The notes under the pieces were generated by a model. The model was given only the letters and a program-made list of their open reading frames with translations. It made no database searches and had not been told where the DNA came from. This document shows, one piece after another, positions 43,901-57,690 of a stretch of DNA of 64,000 nt (its first letter is position 1; each line of letters opens with the position of its first letter). The translations under genes and the position numbers were made by a program. This stretch comes from Eledone cirrhosa (lineage: Eukaryota): positions 21,080,001 to 21,144,000 of the forward strand of contig OZ024754.1 of the NCBI GenBank assembly GCA_964016885.1, written 5' to 3'.

Positions 43901-46320
43901 ATTACCCTTGGTATTAACATAGACTCCCTCCCATGTTAGCCTTGGTATTAACATAGACTCCCTCCCATATTAGACTTGGTATTAATATAGAGACTCCCTC
44001 CCATATTACCCTTGGTATTAACATAGACTCCCTTCCATATTACCCTTGGTATTAACATAGGGACTCCCTCCCATATTACCCTTGGTATTAACATAGAGAC
44101 CCCCCCCCATATTACCCTTGGTATTAACATAGACTCCCTCCCATATTTCCCTTGGTATTAACATAGGGACTCCCTCCCATATTACCCTTGGTATTAACAT
44201 AGACTCCCTCCCATATTACCCTTGGTATTAACATAGACTCCCTCCCATATTAGCCTTCGTATTAACATAGGGACTTCCTCCCATATTACCCTTGGTATTA
44301 ACATAGACTCCCTCCCATATTACCCTTGGTATTAACATAGACTCCCTCCCATATTATCCTTGGTACTAACATAGACTCGCTCCCATATTACCCTTGGTAT
44401 TAACATAGGGACTCCCTCCTATATTAGACTTGGTATTAACATACATTCCCTCCCATATTACCCTTGGTATTAACATGCACTCCCTTCTATATTAGTCGTG
44501 GTATTAAAATAGGTACTCGCTCCCATATTACCCTTGGTATTAACATAGGGCCTCCCTCCCATATTTCCCTTGGTATTAACATAGGGACTCCCTCCCATAT
44601 TACCCTTGGTATTAACATAGACTCCATCCCATATTACCCTTGGTATTAACATAGGGTCTCCCTCCCATATTACCCTTGGTATTAACATAGACTCCCTTCC
44701 ATATTACCCTTGGTATTAACATAGACACCCTCCCATATTACCTTTGGTATTATGATAGGGACACCCTCCCATATTACCCTTGGTATTAACATAGACTCCC
44801 TCCCATATTACCCTTGGTATTAACATAGACTCCCTCCCATATTAGCCTTGGTATTAACATAGGGACTCCCTCCTATATTACCCTTAGTATTAACATAGAC
44901 TCCCTCCCATATTACCCTTGGTATTAACATAGACTCCCTCCCATGTTAGCCTTGGTATTAACATAGACTCCCTCCCATGTTAGCCTTGGTATTAACATAG
45001 ACTCCCTCCCATATTACCCTTGGTATGAACATTGGGACTCCCTGCTAAATTAGACTTGGTATTAACATAGACTCCCTCCCATATTACCCTTGGTATTAAC
45101 GTGCACTCCCTTCTATATCAGACGTGGTATTAACATAGGGACGCCCTCCCATATTAGCCTTGGTATTAACATAGGGACTCCCTCTCATATTAGACTTGGT
45201 ATTAACATAGACTCCCTCCCATATTAGATTTGGTATTAACATAGGGACTCCCTCCCATATTACCCTTGGTATTAACATAGGGACTCCCTCACATATTACC
45301 CTTGGTATTAACATAGAGACACCCTCCCATATTACCCTTGGTATTAACATTGGGACTCCCTCCTAAAGTAGATTTGGTATTAACATAGACTGCCTCCCAT
45401 ATTACCCTTGGTATTAACATAGGGACTCCCTCCCATATTACACTTGGTATTAATATAGAGACTCCCTCCCATATTACCCTTGGTATTAAAATAGACTCCC
45501 TCCCATATTAGAATTGGTATTAATATAGAGACACCCTCCCATATTACCCTTGGTATTAACAAAGACTACCTCAAATATTACCCTTGGTATTAATATAGAG
45601 ACTCCCTCCCATATTACCCTTGGTATTAACATAGACTCCCTCCCATATTAGACTTGGTATTAATATAGAGACTCCCTCCCATATTACCCTTGGTATTAAC
45701 ATAGACTACCTCAAATATTACCCTTGGTATTAATATAGAGACTCCCTCCCATATTACCCTTGGTATTAACATAGACTCCCTCCCATATTAGACTTGGTAT
45801 TAACATAGAGACCCCCCCCCCATATTACCCTTGGTATTAACATAGACTCCCTCCCATATTTCCCTTGGTATTAACATAGGGACTCCCTCCCATATTACCC
45901 TTGGTATTAACATAGACTCTCTCCCATATTACCCTTGGTATTAACATAGACTCCCTCCCATATTAGCCTTCATATTAACATAGGGACTCCCTCCCATATT
46001 TCCCTTGGTATCAACATAGGGACTCCCTCCCATATTACCCTTGGTATTAACATAGACTCCATCCCATATTACCCTTGGTATTAACATAGACTCCCTCCCA
46101 TATTAGCCTTCGTATTAACATAGGGACTCCCTCCCATATTACCCTTGGTATTAACATAGGGACTCCCTCCCATATTAGACTTGGTATTAACATAGACTCC
46201 CTCCCATATTACCCTTGGTATTATCATAGGGACTCCCTCCCATATTACCCTTGCTATTAACATAGACTCCCTTCCATATTACCCTTAGTATTAACATAGA
46301 CACCCTCCCATATTACCTTT
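38280..46320. repeat. Tandem duplication of a ~4,021-bp unit, junction at ~42300, overlapping the 4,123-bp duplication
   Basis: ORF pairs 38551/42572, 39391/43412, 40449/44470 and 41075/45096 are offset by 4021, and 42061/46081 by 4020 (poly-C 11 vs 10). Confidence 0.92.
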
Positions 46321-48809
46321 GGTATTATCATAGGGACACCCTCCCATATTACCCTTGGTATTAACATAGACTCCCTCCCATATTAGCCTTGGTATTAACA
46401 TATACTCCCTCCCATATTACCCTTGGTATTAACATATACTCCCTCCCATATTACCCTTGGTATGAACATTGGGACTCCCTCCTAAATTAGACTTGGTATT
46501 AACATAGACTCCCTCCCATATTACCCTTGGTATTAACGTGCATTCCCTTCTATATCAGACGTGGTATTAACATAGGGACTCCCTCCCATATTAGCCTTGG
46601 TATTAACATAGGGACTCCCTCTCATATTAGACTTGGTATTAACATAGACTCCCTCCCATATTAGACTTGGTATTAACATAGGGACTCCCTCCCATATTAC
46701 CCTTGGTATTAACATAGGGACTCCCTCCCATATTACACTTGGTATTAATATAGAGACTCCCTCCCATATTACCCTTCGTATTAACATAGACTCCCTCCCA
46801 TATTAGAATTGGTATTAATATAGAGACTCCCTCCCATATTACCCTTGGTATTAACATAGACTCCCTCCCATATTAGACTTGGTATTAATATAGAGACTCC
46901 CTCCCATATTACCCTTGGTATTAACATAGACTACCTCAAATATTACCCTTGGTATTAATATAGAGACTCCCTCCCATATTACCCTTGCTATTAACATAGA
47001 CTCCCTCCCATATTACCGTTGGTATTAATATAGGGACTCCCTCCCATATTAGCCTTGGTATTAACATAGGGACTCCCTCCCATATTAGCCTTGGTATTAA
47101 CATAGACTCCCTCACATATTACCCTTGGTATTAACATAGACTCCCTCCCATATTACCCTTGGTATTAACATAGGGACTCCCTCCCATATTACCCTTGGTA
47201 TTAACATAGAGACCCCCCCCATATTACCCTTGGTATTAACATAGACTCCCTCCCATATTTCCCTTGGTATTAACATAGGGACTCCCTTCCATATTACCCT
47301 TGGTATTAACATAGACTCCCTCCCATATTACCCTTGGTATTAACATAGACTCCCTCCCATATTAGCCTTCGTATTAACATAGGGACTCCCTCCCATATTT
47401 CCCTTGGTATTAACATAGGGACTCCCTCCCATATTACCCTTGGTATTAACATAGACTCCATCCCATATTACCCTTGGTATTAACATAGACTCCCCCCCAT
47501 ATTAGCCTTCGTATTAACATAGGGACTCCCTCCCATATTACCCTTGGTATTAACATAGGGACTCCCTCCCATATTAGACTTGGTATTAACATAGACTCCC
47601 TCCCATATTACCCTTGGTATTATCATAGGGTCTCCCTCCCATATTACCCTTGGTATTAACATAGACTCCCTTCCATATTACCCTTAGTATTAACATAGAC
47701 ACCCTCCCATATTAGCCTTGGTATTAACATAGACTCCCTCCCATATTACCCTTGGTATGAACATTGGGACTCCCTCCTAAATTAGACTTGGTATTAACAT
47801 AGACTCCCTCCCATATTACCCTTGGTATAAACGTGCACTCCCTTCTATATCAGACGTGGTATTAACATAGGGACTCCCTCCCATATTAGCCTTGGTATTA
47901 ACATAGGGACTCCCTCTCATATTAGACTTGGTATTAACATAGACTCCCTCCCATATTAGACTTGGTATTAACATAGGGACTCCCTCCCATATTACCCTTG
48001 GTATTAACATAGGGACTCCCTCACATATTACCCTTGGTATTAACATAGAGACACCCTCCCATATTACCCTTGGTATTAACATAGACTCCCTTCCATATTA
48101 CCCTTAGTATTAACATAGACTCCCTCACATATTACCCTTGGTATTAACATAGACTCCCTCCCATATTTGCCTTGGTATTAACATAGGGACTCCCTCCTAT
48201 ATTACCCTTAGTATTAACATAGACTCCCTCCCATATTACCCTTGGTATTAACATAGGGACTCCCTCCCACATTACACTTGGTATTAATATAGAGACTCCC
48301 TCCCATATTACCCTTGGTATTAACATAGACTCCCTCCCATATTAGAATTGGTATTAATATAGAGACTCCCTCCCATATTACCCTTGGTATTAACATAGAC
48401 TCCTTCCCATATTAGACTTGGTATTAATATAGACTCCCTCCCATATTACCCTTGGTATTAACATAGACTACCTCAAATATTACCCTTGGTATTAATATAG
48501 AGACTCCCTCCCATATTACCCTTGGTATTAACATAGACTCCCTCCCATATTAGACTTGGTATTAATATAGAGACTCCCTCCCATATTACCCTTGGTATTA
48601 ACATAGACTCCCTCCCATATTACCCTTGGTATTAACATAGGGACTCCCTCCCATATTACCCTTGGTATTAACATAGAGACCCCCCCCATATTACCCTTGG
48701 TATTAACATAGACTCCCTCCCATATTACCCTTGGTATTAACATAGACTCCCTCACATATTACCCTTGGCTTTAACAGACTCCCTCCTATATTACCGTTAG
48801 TATTAATAT

Positions 48810-51800
48810 AGGGACTCCCTCCCATATTACCCTTGGTATTAACATAGGGACTCCCTCCCATATTAGCCTTGGTATTAACATAGACTCCATCCCATATTAC
48901 CCTTGGTATTAATATAGACTCCCTCCCATATTACCCTTGGTACTAACATAGAGTCCCTCCCATATTACCCTTGGTATTAACATAGGGACTCCCTCCTATA
49001 TTAGACTTGGTATTAACATAGATTCCCTCCCATATTACCCTTGGTATTAACATGCACTCCCTTCTATATTAGTCGTATTAAAATAGGGACTCGCTCCCAT
49101 ATTACCCTTGGTATTAACATAGGGCCTCCCTCTCATATTAGACTTGGTATTAACATAGACTCCCTCCCATATTAGACTTGGTATTAACATAGACTCCCTC
49201 CCATATTACCCTTGGTATTAACATAGGGACTCCCTCACATATTACCCTTGGTATTAACATAGGGACTCCCTCCCATATTAGCCTTGGTATTAACATAGAC
49301 TCCCTCCCATGTTACCCTTGGTGTTAACATAGACTCCCTCCCATATTTCCCTTGGTATTAACATAGGGACTCCCTCCCATATTACCCTTGGTATTAACAT
49401 AGACTCCATCCCATATTACCCTTGGTATTAACATAGACTCCCTCCTATATTAGCCTTCGTATTAACATAGGGACTCCCTCCCATATTACCCTTGGTATTA
49501 ACATAGGGACTCCCTCCCATATTAGACTTGGTATTAACATAGACTCCCTCCCATATTACCCTTGGTATTATCATAGGGACTCCCTCCCATATTACCCTTG
49601 GTATTAACATAGACTCCCTTCCATATTACCCTTGGTATTAACATAGACACCCTCCCATATTACCTTTGGTATTATGATAGGGACACCCTCCCATATTACC
49701 CTTGGTATTAACATAGACTCCCTCCCATATTACCCTTGGTATTAACATAGACTCCCTCCCATATTTGCCTTGGTATTAACATAGGGACTCCCTCCTATAT
49801 TACCCTTAGTATTAACATAGACTCCCTCCCATATTACCCTTGGTATTAACATAGACTCCCTCCCATGTTAGCCTTGGTATTAACATAGACTCCCTCCCAT
49901 ATTAGCCTTGGTATTAACATAGACTCCCTCCCATATTACCCTTGGTATTATCATAGGGACTCCCTCCCATATTACCCTTTGTATTAACATAGAGACCCCC
50001 CCCATATTACCCTTGGTATTAACATAGACTCCCTCCCATATTACCCTTGGTATTAACATAGACTCCCTCACATATTACCCTTGGTATTAACATAGACTCC
50101 CTCCCATATTACCGTTGGTATTAATATAGGGACTCCCTACCATATTAGCCATGGTATTAACATAGGGACTCCCTCCCATATTAGCCTTGGTATTAACATA
50201 GACTCCCTCACATATTACCCTTGGTATTAACATAGACTCCCTCCCATATTACCCTTGGTATTAACATAGGGACTCCCTCCCATATTTCCCTTGGTATTAA
50301 CATAGACTCCCTCCCATATTACCCTTGGTATTAACATAGACTCCCTCCCATATTAGCCTTCGTATTAACATAGGGACTCCCTCCCATATTACCCTTGGTA
50401 TTAACATAGACTCCCTCCCATATTAGACTTGGTATTAACATAGGGACTCCCTCCCATATTACCCTTGGTATTAACATAGACTCCCTCCCATATTACCCTT
50501 GGTATTAACATAGGGACTCCCTCCCATATTACCCTTGGTATTAACATAGAGACCCCCCCCCCCATATTACCCTTGGTATTAACATAGACTCCCTCCCATA
50601 TTTCCCTTGGTATTAACATAGGGACTCCCTCCCATATTACACTTGGTGTTAACATAGACTCCCTCCCATATTACCCTTGGTATTAACATAGACTCCCTCC
50701 CATATTAGCCTTCGTATTAACATAGGGACTCCCTCCCATATTTCCCTTGGTATTAACATAGGGACTCCCTCCCATATTACCCTTGGTATTAACATAGACT
50801 CCATCCCATATTACCCTTGGTATTAACATAGACTCCCTCCCATATTAGCCTTCGTATTAACATAGGGACTCCCTCCCATATTACCCTTGGTATTAACATA
50901 GGGACTCCCTCCCATATTAGACTTGGTATTAACATAGACTCCCTCCCATATTACCCTTGGTATTATCATAGGGTCTCCCTCCCATATTACCCTTGGTATT
51001 AACATAGACTCCCTTCCATATTACCCTTAGTATTAACATAGACACCCTCCCATATTACCTTTGGTATTATGATAGGGACACCCTCCCATATTACCCTTGG
51101 TATTAACATAGACTCCCTCCCATATTACCCTTGGTATTAACATAGACTCCCTCCCATGTTAGCCTTGGTATTAACATAGACTCCCTCCTATATTAGCCTT
51201 GGTATTAACATAGACTCCCTCCCATATTACGCTTGGTATGAACATTGGGACTCCCTCCTAAATTAGACTTGGTATTAACATAGACTCCCTCCCATATCAC
51301 CCTTGGTATAAACGTGCACTCCCTTCTATATCAGACGTGGTATTAACATAGGGACTCCCTCCCATATTAGCCTTGGTATTAACATAGGGACTCCCTCTCA
51401 TATTAGACTTGGTATTAACATAGACTCCCTCCCATATTAGACTTGGTATTAACATAGGGACTCCCTCCCATATTACCCTTGGTATTAACATAGGGAGTCC
51501 CTCACATATTACCCTTGGTATTAACATAGAGACACCCTCCCATATTACCCTTGGTATTAACATTGGGACTCCCTCCCACATTACACTTGGTATTAATATA
51601 GAGACTCCCTCCCATATTACCCTTGGTATTAACATAGACTCCCTCCCATATTAGACTTGGTATTAATATAGACACCCTCCCATATTACCCTTGGTATTAA
51701 CATAGACTACCTCAAATATTACCCTTGTTATTAATATAGAGACTCCCTCCCATATTACCCTTGGTATTAACATAGACTCCCTCCCATATTACCCTTGGTA

Positions 51801-54800
51801 TTAACATAGGGACTCCCTCCCATATTACCCTTGGTATTAACATAGAGACCCCCCCCCCATATTACCCTTGGTATTAACATAGACTCCCTCCCATATTACC
51901 CTTGGTATTAACATAGACTCCCTCCCATATTACCCTTGGTATTAACATAGACTCCCTCCCATATTAGAATTGGTATTAATATAGAGACTCCCTCCCATAT
52001 TACCCTTGGTATTAACATAGACTCCCTCCCATATTAGACTTGGTATTAATATAGACACCCTCCCATATTACCCTTGGTATTAACATAGACTACCTCAAAT
52101 ATTACCCTTGTTATTAATATAGAGACTCCCTCCCATATTACCCTTGGTATTAACATAGACTCCCTCCCATATTAGACTTGGTATTAATATAGAGACTCCC
52201 TCCCATATTACCCTTGGTATTAACATAGACTCCCTCCCATATTACCCTTGGTATTAACATAGGGACTCCCTCCCATATTACCCTTGGTATTAACATAGAG
52301 ACCCCCCCCATATTACCCTTGGTATTAACATAGACTCCCTCCCATATTACCCTTGGTATTAACATAGACTCCCTCCCATATTACCCTTGGTATTAACATA
52401 GACTCCCTCCCATATTACCCTTGGCTTTAACAGACTCCCTCCCATATTACCGTTGGTATTAATATAGGGACTCCCTCCCATATTAGCCTTGGTATTAACA
52501 TAGGGACTCCCTCCCATATTAGCCTTGGTATTAACATAGACTCCATCCCATATTACCCTTGGTATTAATATAGACTCCCTCCCATATTACCCTTGGTACT
52601 AACATAGAGTCCCTCCCATATTACCCTTGGTATTAACATAGGGACTCCCTCCTATATTAGACTTGGTATTAACATAGATTCCCTCCCATATTACCCTTGG
52701 TATTAACATGCACTCCCTTCTATATTAGTCGTGGTATTAAAATAGGGACTCGCTCCCATATTACCCTTGGTATTAACATAGGGCCTCCCTCCCATATTAG
52801 ACTTGGTATTTACATAGACTCCCTCCCATATTAGACTTGGTATTAACATAGACTCCCTCCCATATTACCCTTGGTATTAACATAGGGACTCCCTCACATA
52901 TTACCCTTGGTATTAACATAGGGACTCCCTCCCATATTAGCCTTGGTATTAACATAGACTCCCTCCCATATTACCCTTGGTGTTAACATAGACTCCCTCC
53001 CATATTTCCCTTGGTATTAACATAGGGACTCCCTCCCATATTACCCTTGGTATTAACATAGACTCCATCCCATATTACCCTTGGTATTAACATAGACTCC
53101 CTCCTTTTTAGCCTTCGTATTAACATAGGGACTCCCTCCCATATTACCCTTGGTATTAACATAGGGACTCCCTCCCATATTAGACTTAGTATTAACATAG
53201 ACTCCCTCCCATATTACCCTTGGTATTATCATAGGGACTCCCTCCCATATTACCCTTGGTATTAACATAGGGACTCCCTCCCATATTAGCCTTGGTATTA
53301 ACATAGACTCCATCCCATATTACCCTTGGTATTAATATAGACTCCCTCCCATATTACCCTTGGTACTAACATAGAGTCCCTCCCATATTACCCTTGGTAT
53401 TAACATAGGGACTCCCTCCTATATTAGACTTGGTATTAACATAGATTCCCTCCCATATTACCCTTGGTATTAACATGCACTCCCTTCTATATTAGTCGTA
53501 TTAAAATAGGGACTCGCTCCCATATTACCCTTGGTATTAACATAGGGCCTCCCTCTCATATTAGACTTGGTATTAACATAGACTCCCTCCCATATTAGAC
53601 TTGGTATTAACATAGACTCCCTCCCATATTACCCTTGGTATTAACATAGGGACTCCCTCACATATTACCCTTGGTATTAACATAGGGACTCCCTCCCATA
53701 TTAGCCTTGGTATTAACATAGACTCCCTCCCATGTTACCCTTGGTGTTAACATAGACTCCCTCCCATATTTCCCTTGGTATTAACATAGGGACTCCCTCC
53801 CATATTACCCTTGGTATTAACATAGACTCCATCCCATATTACCCTTGGTATTAACATAGACTCCCTCCTATATTAGCCTTCGTATTAACATAGGGACTCC
53901 CTCCCATATTACCCTTGGTATTAACATAGGGACTCCCTCCCATATTAGACTTGGTATTAACATAGACTCCCTCCCATATTACCCTTGGTATTATCATAGG
54001 GACTCCCTCCCATATTACCCTTGGTATTAACATAGACTCCCTTCCATATTACCCTTGGTATTAACATAGACACCCTCCCATATTACCTTTGGTATTATGA
54101 TAGGGACACCCTCCCATATTACCCTTGGTATTAACATAGACTCCCTCCCATATTACCCTTGGTATTAACATAGACTCCCTCCCATATTTGCCTTGGTATT
54201 AACATAGGGACTCCCTCCTATATTACCCTTAGTATTAACATAGACTCCCTCCCATATTACCCTTCGTATTAACATAGACTCCCTCCCATGTTAGCCTTGG
54301 TATTAACATAGACTCCCTCCCATATTAGCCTTGGTATTAACATAGACTCCCTCCCATATTACCCTTGGTATTATCATAGGGACTCCCTCCCATATTACCC
54401 TTTGTATTAACATAGAGACCCCCCCCATATTACCCTTGGTATTAACATAGACTCCCTCCCATATTACCCTTGGTATTAACATAGACTCCCTCACATATTA
54501 CCCTTGGTATTAACATAGACTCCCTCCCATATTACCGTTGGTATTAATATAGGGACTCCCTACCATATTAGCCATGGTATTAACATAGGGACTCCCTCCC
54601 ATATTAGCCTTGGTATTAACATAGACTCCCTCACATATTACCCTTGGTATTAACATAGACTCCCTCCCATATTACCCTTGGTATTAACATAGGGACTCCC
54701 TCCCATATTTCCCTTGGTATTAACATAGACTCCCTCCCATATTACCCTTGGTATTAACATAGACTCCCTCCCATATTAGCCTTCGTATTAACATAGGGAC

Positions 54801-57690
54801 TCCCTCCCATATTACCCTTGGTATTAACATAGACTCCCTCCCATATTAGACTTGGTATTAACATAGGGACTCCCTCCCATATTACCCTTGGTATTAACAT
54901 AGACTCCCTCCCATATTACCCTTGGTATTAACATAGGGACTCCCTCCCATATTACCCTTGGTATTAACATAGAGACCCCCCCCCCCCATATTACCCTTGG
55001 TATTAACATAGACTCCCTCCCATATTTCCCTTGGTATTAACATAGGGACTCCCTCCCATATTACACTTGGTGTTAACATAGACTCCCTCCCATATTACCC
55101 TTGGTATTAACATAGACTCCCTCCCATATTAGCCTTCGTATTAACATAGGGACTCCCTACCATATTTCCCTTGGTATTAACATAGGGACTCCCTCCCATA
55201 TTACCCTTGGTATTAACATAGACTCCATCCCATATTACCCTTGGTATTAACATAGACTCCCTCCCATATTAGCCTTCGTATTAACATAGGGACTCCCTCC
55301 CATATTACCCTTGGTATTAACATAGGGACTCCCTCCCATATTAGACTTGGTATTAACATAGACTCCCTCCCATATTACCCTTGGTATTATCATAGGGTCT
55401 CCCTCCCATATTACCCTTGGTATTAACATAGACTCCCTTCCATATTACCCTTAGTATTAACATAGACACCCTCCCATATTACCTTTGGTATTATGATAGG
55501 GACACCCTCCCATATTACCCTTGGTATTAACATAGACTCCCTCCCATATTACCCTTGGTATTAACATAGACTCCCTCCCATGTTAGCCTTGGTATTAACA
55601 TAGACTCCCTCCTATATTAGCCTTGGTATTAACATAGACTCCCTCCCATATTACGCTTGGTATGAACATTGGGACTCCCTCCTAAATTAGACTTGGTATT
55701 AACATAGACTCCCTCCCATATCACCCTTGGTATAAACGTGCACTCCCTTCTATATCAGACGTGGTATTAACATAGGGACTCCCTCCCATATTAGCCTTGG
55801 TATTAACATAGGGACTCCCTCTCATATTAGACTTGGTATTAACATAGACTCCCTCCCATATTAGACTTGGTATTAACATAGGGACTCCCTCCCATATTAC
55901 CCTTGGTATTAACATAGGGAGTCCCTCACATATTACCCTTGGTATTAACATAGAGACACCCTCCCATATTACCCTTGGTATTAACATTGGGACTCCCTCC
56001 CACATTACACTTGGTATTAATATAGAGACTCCCTCCCATATTACCCTTGGTATTAACATAGACTCCCTCCCATATTAGACTTGGTATTAATATAGACACC
56101 CTCCCATATTACCCTTGGTATTAACATAGACTACCTCAAATATTACCCTTGTTATTAATATAGAGACTCCCTCCCATATTACCCTTGGTATTAACATAGA
56201 CTCCCTCCCATATTACCCTTGGTATTAACATAGGGACTCCCTCCCATATTACCCTTGGTATTAACATAGAGACCCCCCCCCCCATATTACCCTTGGTATT
56301 AACATAGACTCCCTCCCATATTACCCTTGGTATTAACATAGACTCCCTCCCATATTACCCTTGGTATTAACATAGACTCCCTCCCATATTAGAATTGGTA
56401 TTAATATAGAGACTCCCTCCCATATTACCCTTGGTATTAACATAGACTCCCTCCCATATTAGACTTGGTATTAATATAGACACCCTCCCATATTACCCTT
56501 GGTATTAACATAGACTACCTCAAATATTACCCTTGTTATTAATATAGAGACTCCCTCCCATATTACCCTTGGTATTAACATAGACTCCCTCCCATATTAG
56601 ACTTGGTATTAATATAGAGACTCCCTCCCATATTACCCTTGGTATTAACATAGACTCCCTCCCATATTACCCTTGGTATTAACATAGGGACTCCCTCCCA
56701 TATTACCCTTGGTATTAACATAGAGACCCCCCCCCATATTACCCTTGGTATTAACATAGACTCCCTCCCATATTACCCTTGGTATTAACATAGACTCCCT
56801 CCCATATTACCCTTGGTATTAACATAGACTCCCTCCCATATTACCCTTGGCTTTAACAGACTCCCTCCCATATTACCGTTGGTATTAATATAGGGACTCC
56901 CTCCCATATTAGCCTTGGTATTAACATAGGGACTCCCTCCCATATTAGCCTTGGTATTAACATAGACTCCATCCCATATTACCCTTGGTATTAATATAGA
57001 CTCCCTCCCATATTACCCTTGGTACTAACATAGAGTCCCTCCCATATTACCCTTGGTATTAACATAGGGACTCCCTCCTATATTAGACTTGGTATTAACA
57101 TAGATTCCCTCCCATATTACCCTTGGTATTAACATGCACTCCCTTCTATATTAGTCGTGGTATTAAAATAGGGACTCGCTCCCATATTACCCTTGGTATT
57201 AACATAGGGCCTCCCTCCCATATTAGACTTGGTATTTACATAGACTCCCTCCCATATTAGACTTGGTATTAACATAGACTCCCTCCCATATTACCCTTGG
57301 TATTAACATAGGGACTCCCTCACATATTACCCTTGGTATTAACATAGGGACTCCCTCCCATATTAGCCTTGGTATTAACATAGACTCCCTCCCATATTAC
57401 CCTTGGTGTTAACATAGACTCCCTCCCATATTTCCCTTGGTATTAACATAGGGACTCCCTCCCATATTACCCTTGGTATTAACATAGACTCCATCCCATA
57501 TTACCCTTGGTATTAACATAGACTCCCTCCTTTTTAGCCTTCGTATTAACATAGGGACTCCCTCCCATATTACCCTTGGTATTAACATAGGGACTCCCTC
57601 CCATATTAGACTTAGTATTAACATAGACTCCCTCCCATATTACCCTTGGTATTATCATAGGGACTCCCTCCCATATTACCCTTGGTATTA
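48810..57690. repeat. Tandem duplication of a ~4,423-4,426-bp unit
   Basis: ORF pairs 49428/53851 (4423), 50823/55247 (4424), 51297/55721 (4424) and 52983/57409 (4426). The 3-bp-deleted landmark AGTCGTATTAAAA occurs only at ~49071 and ~53494. Confidence 0.92.
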
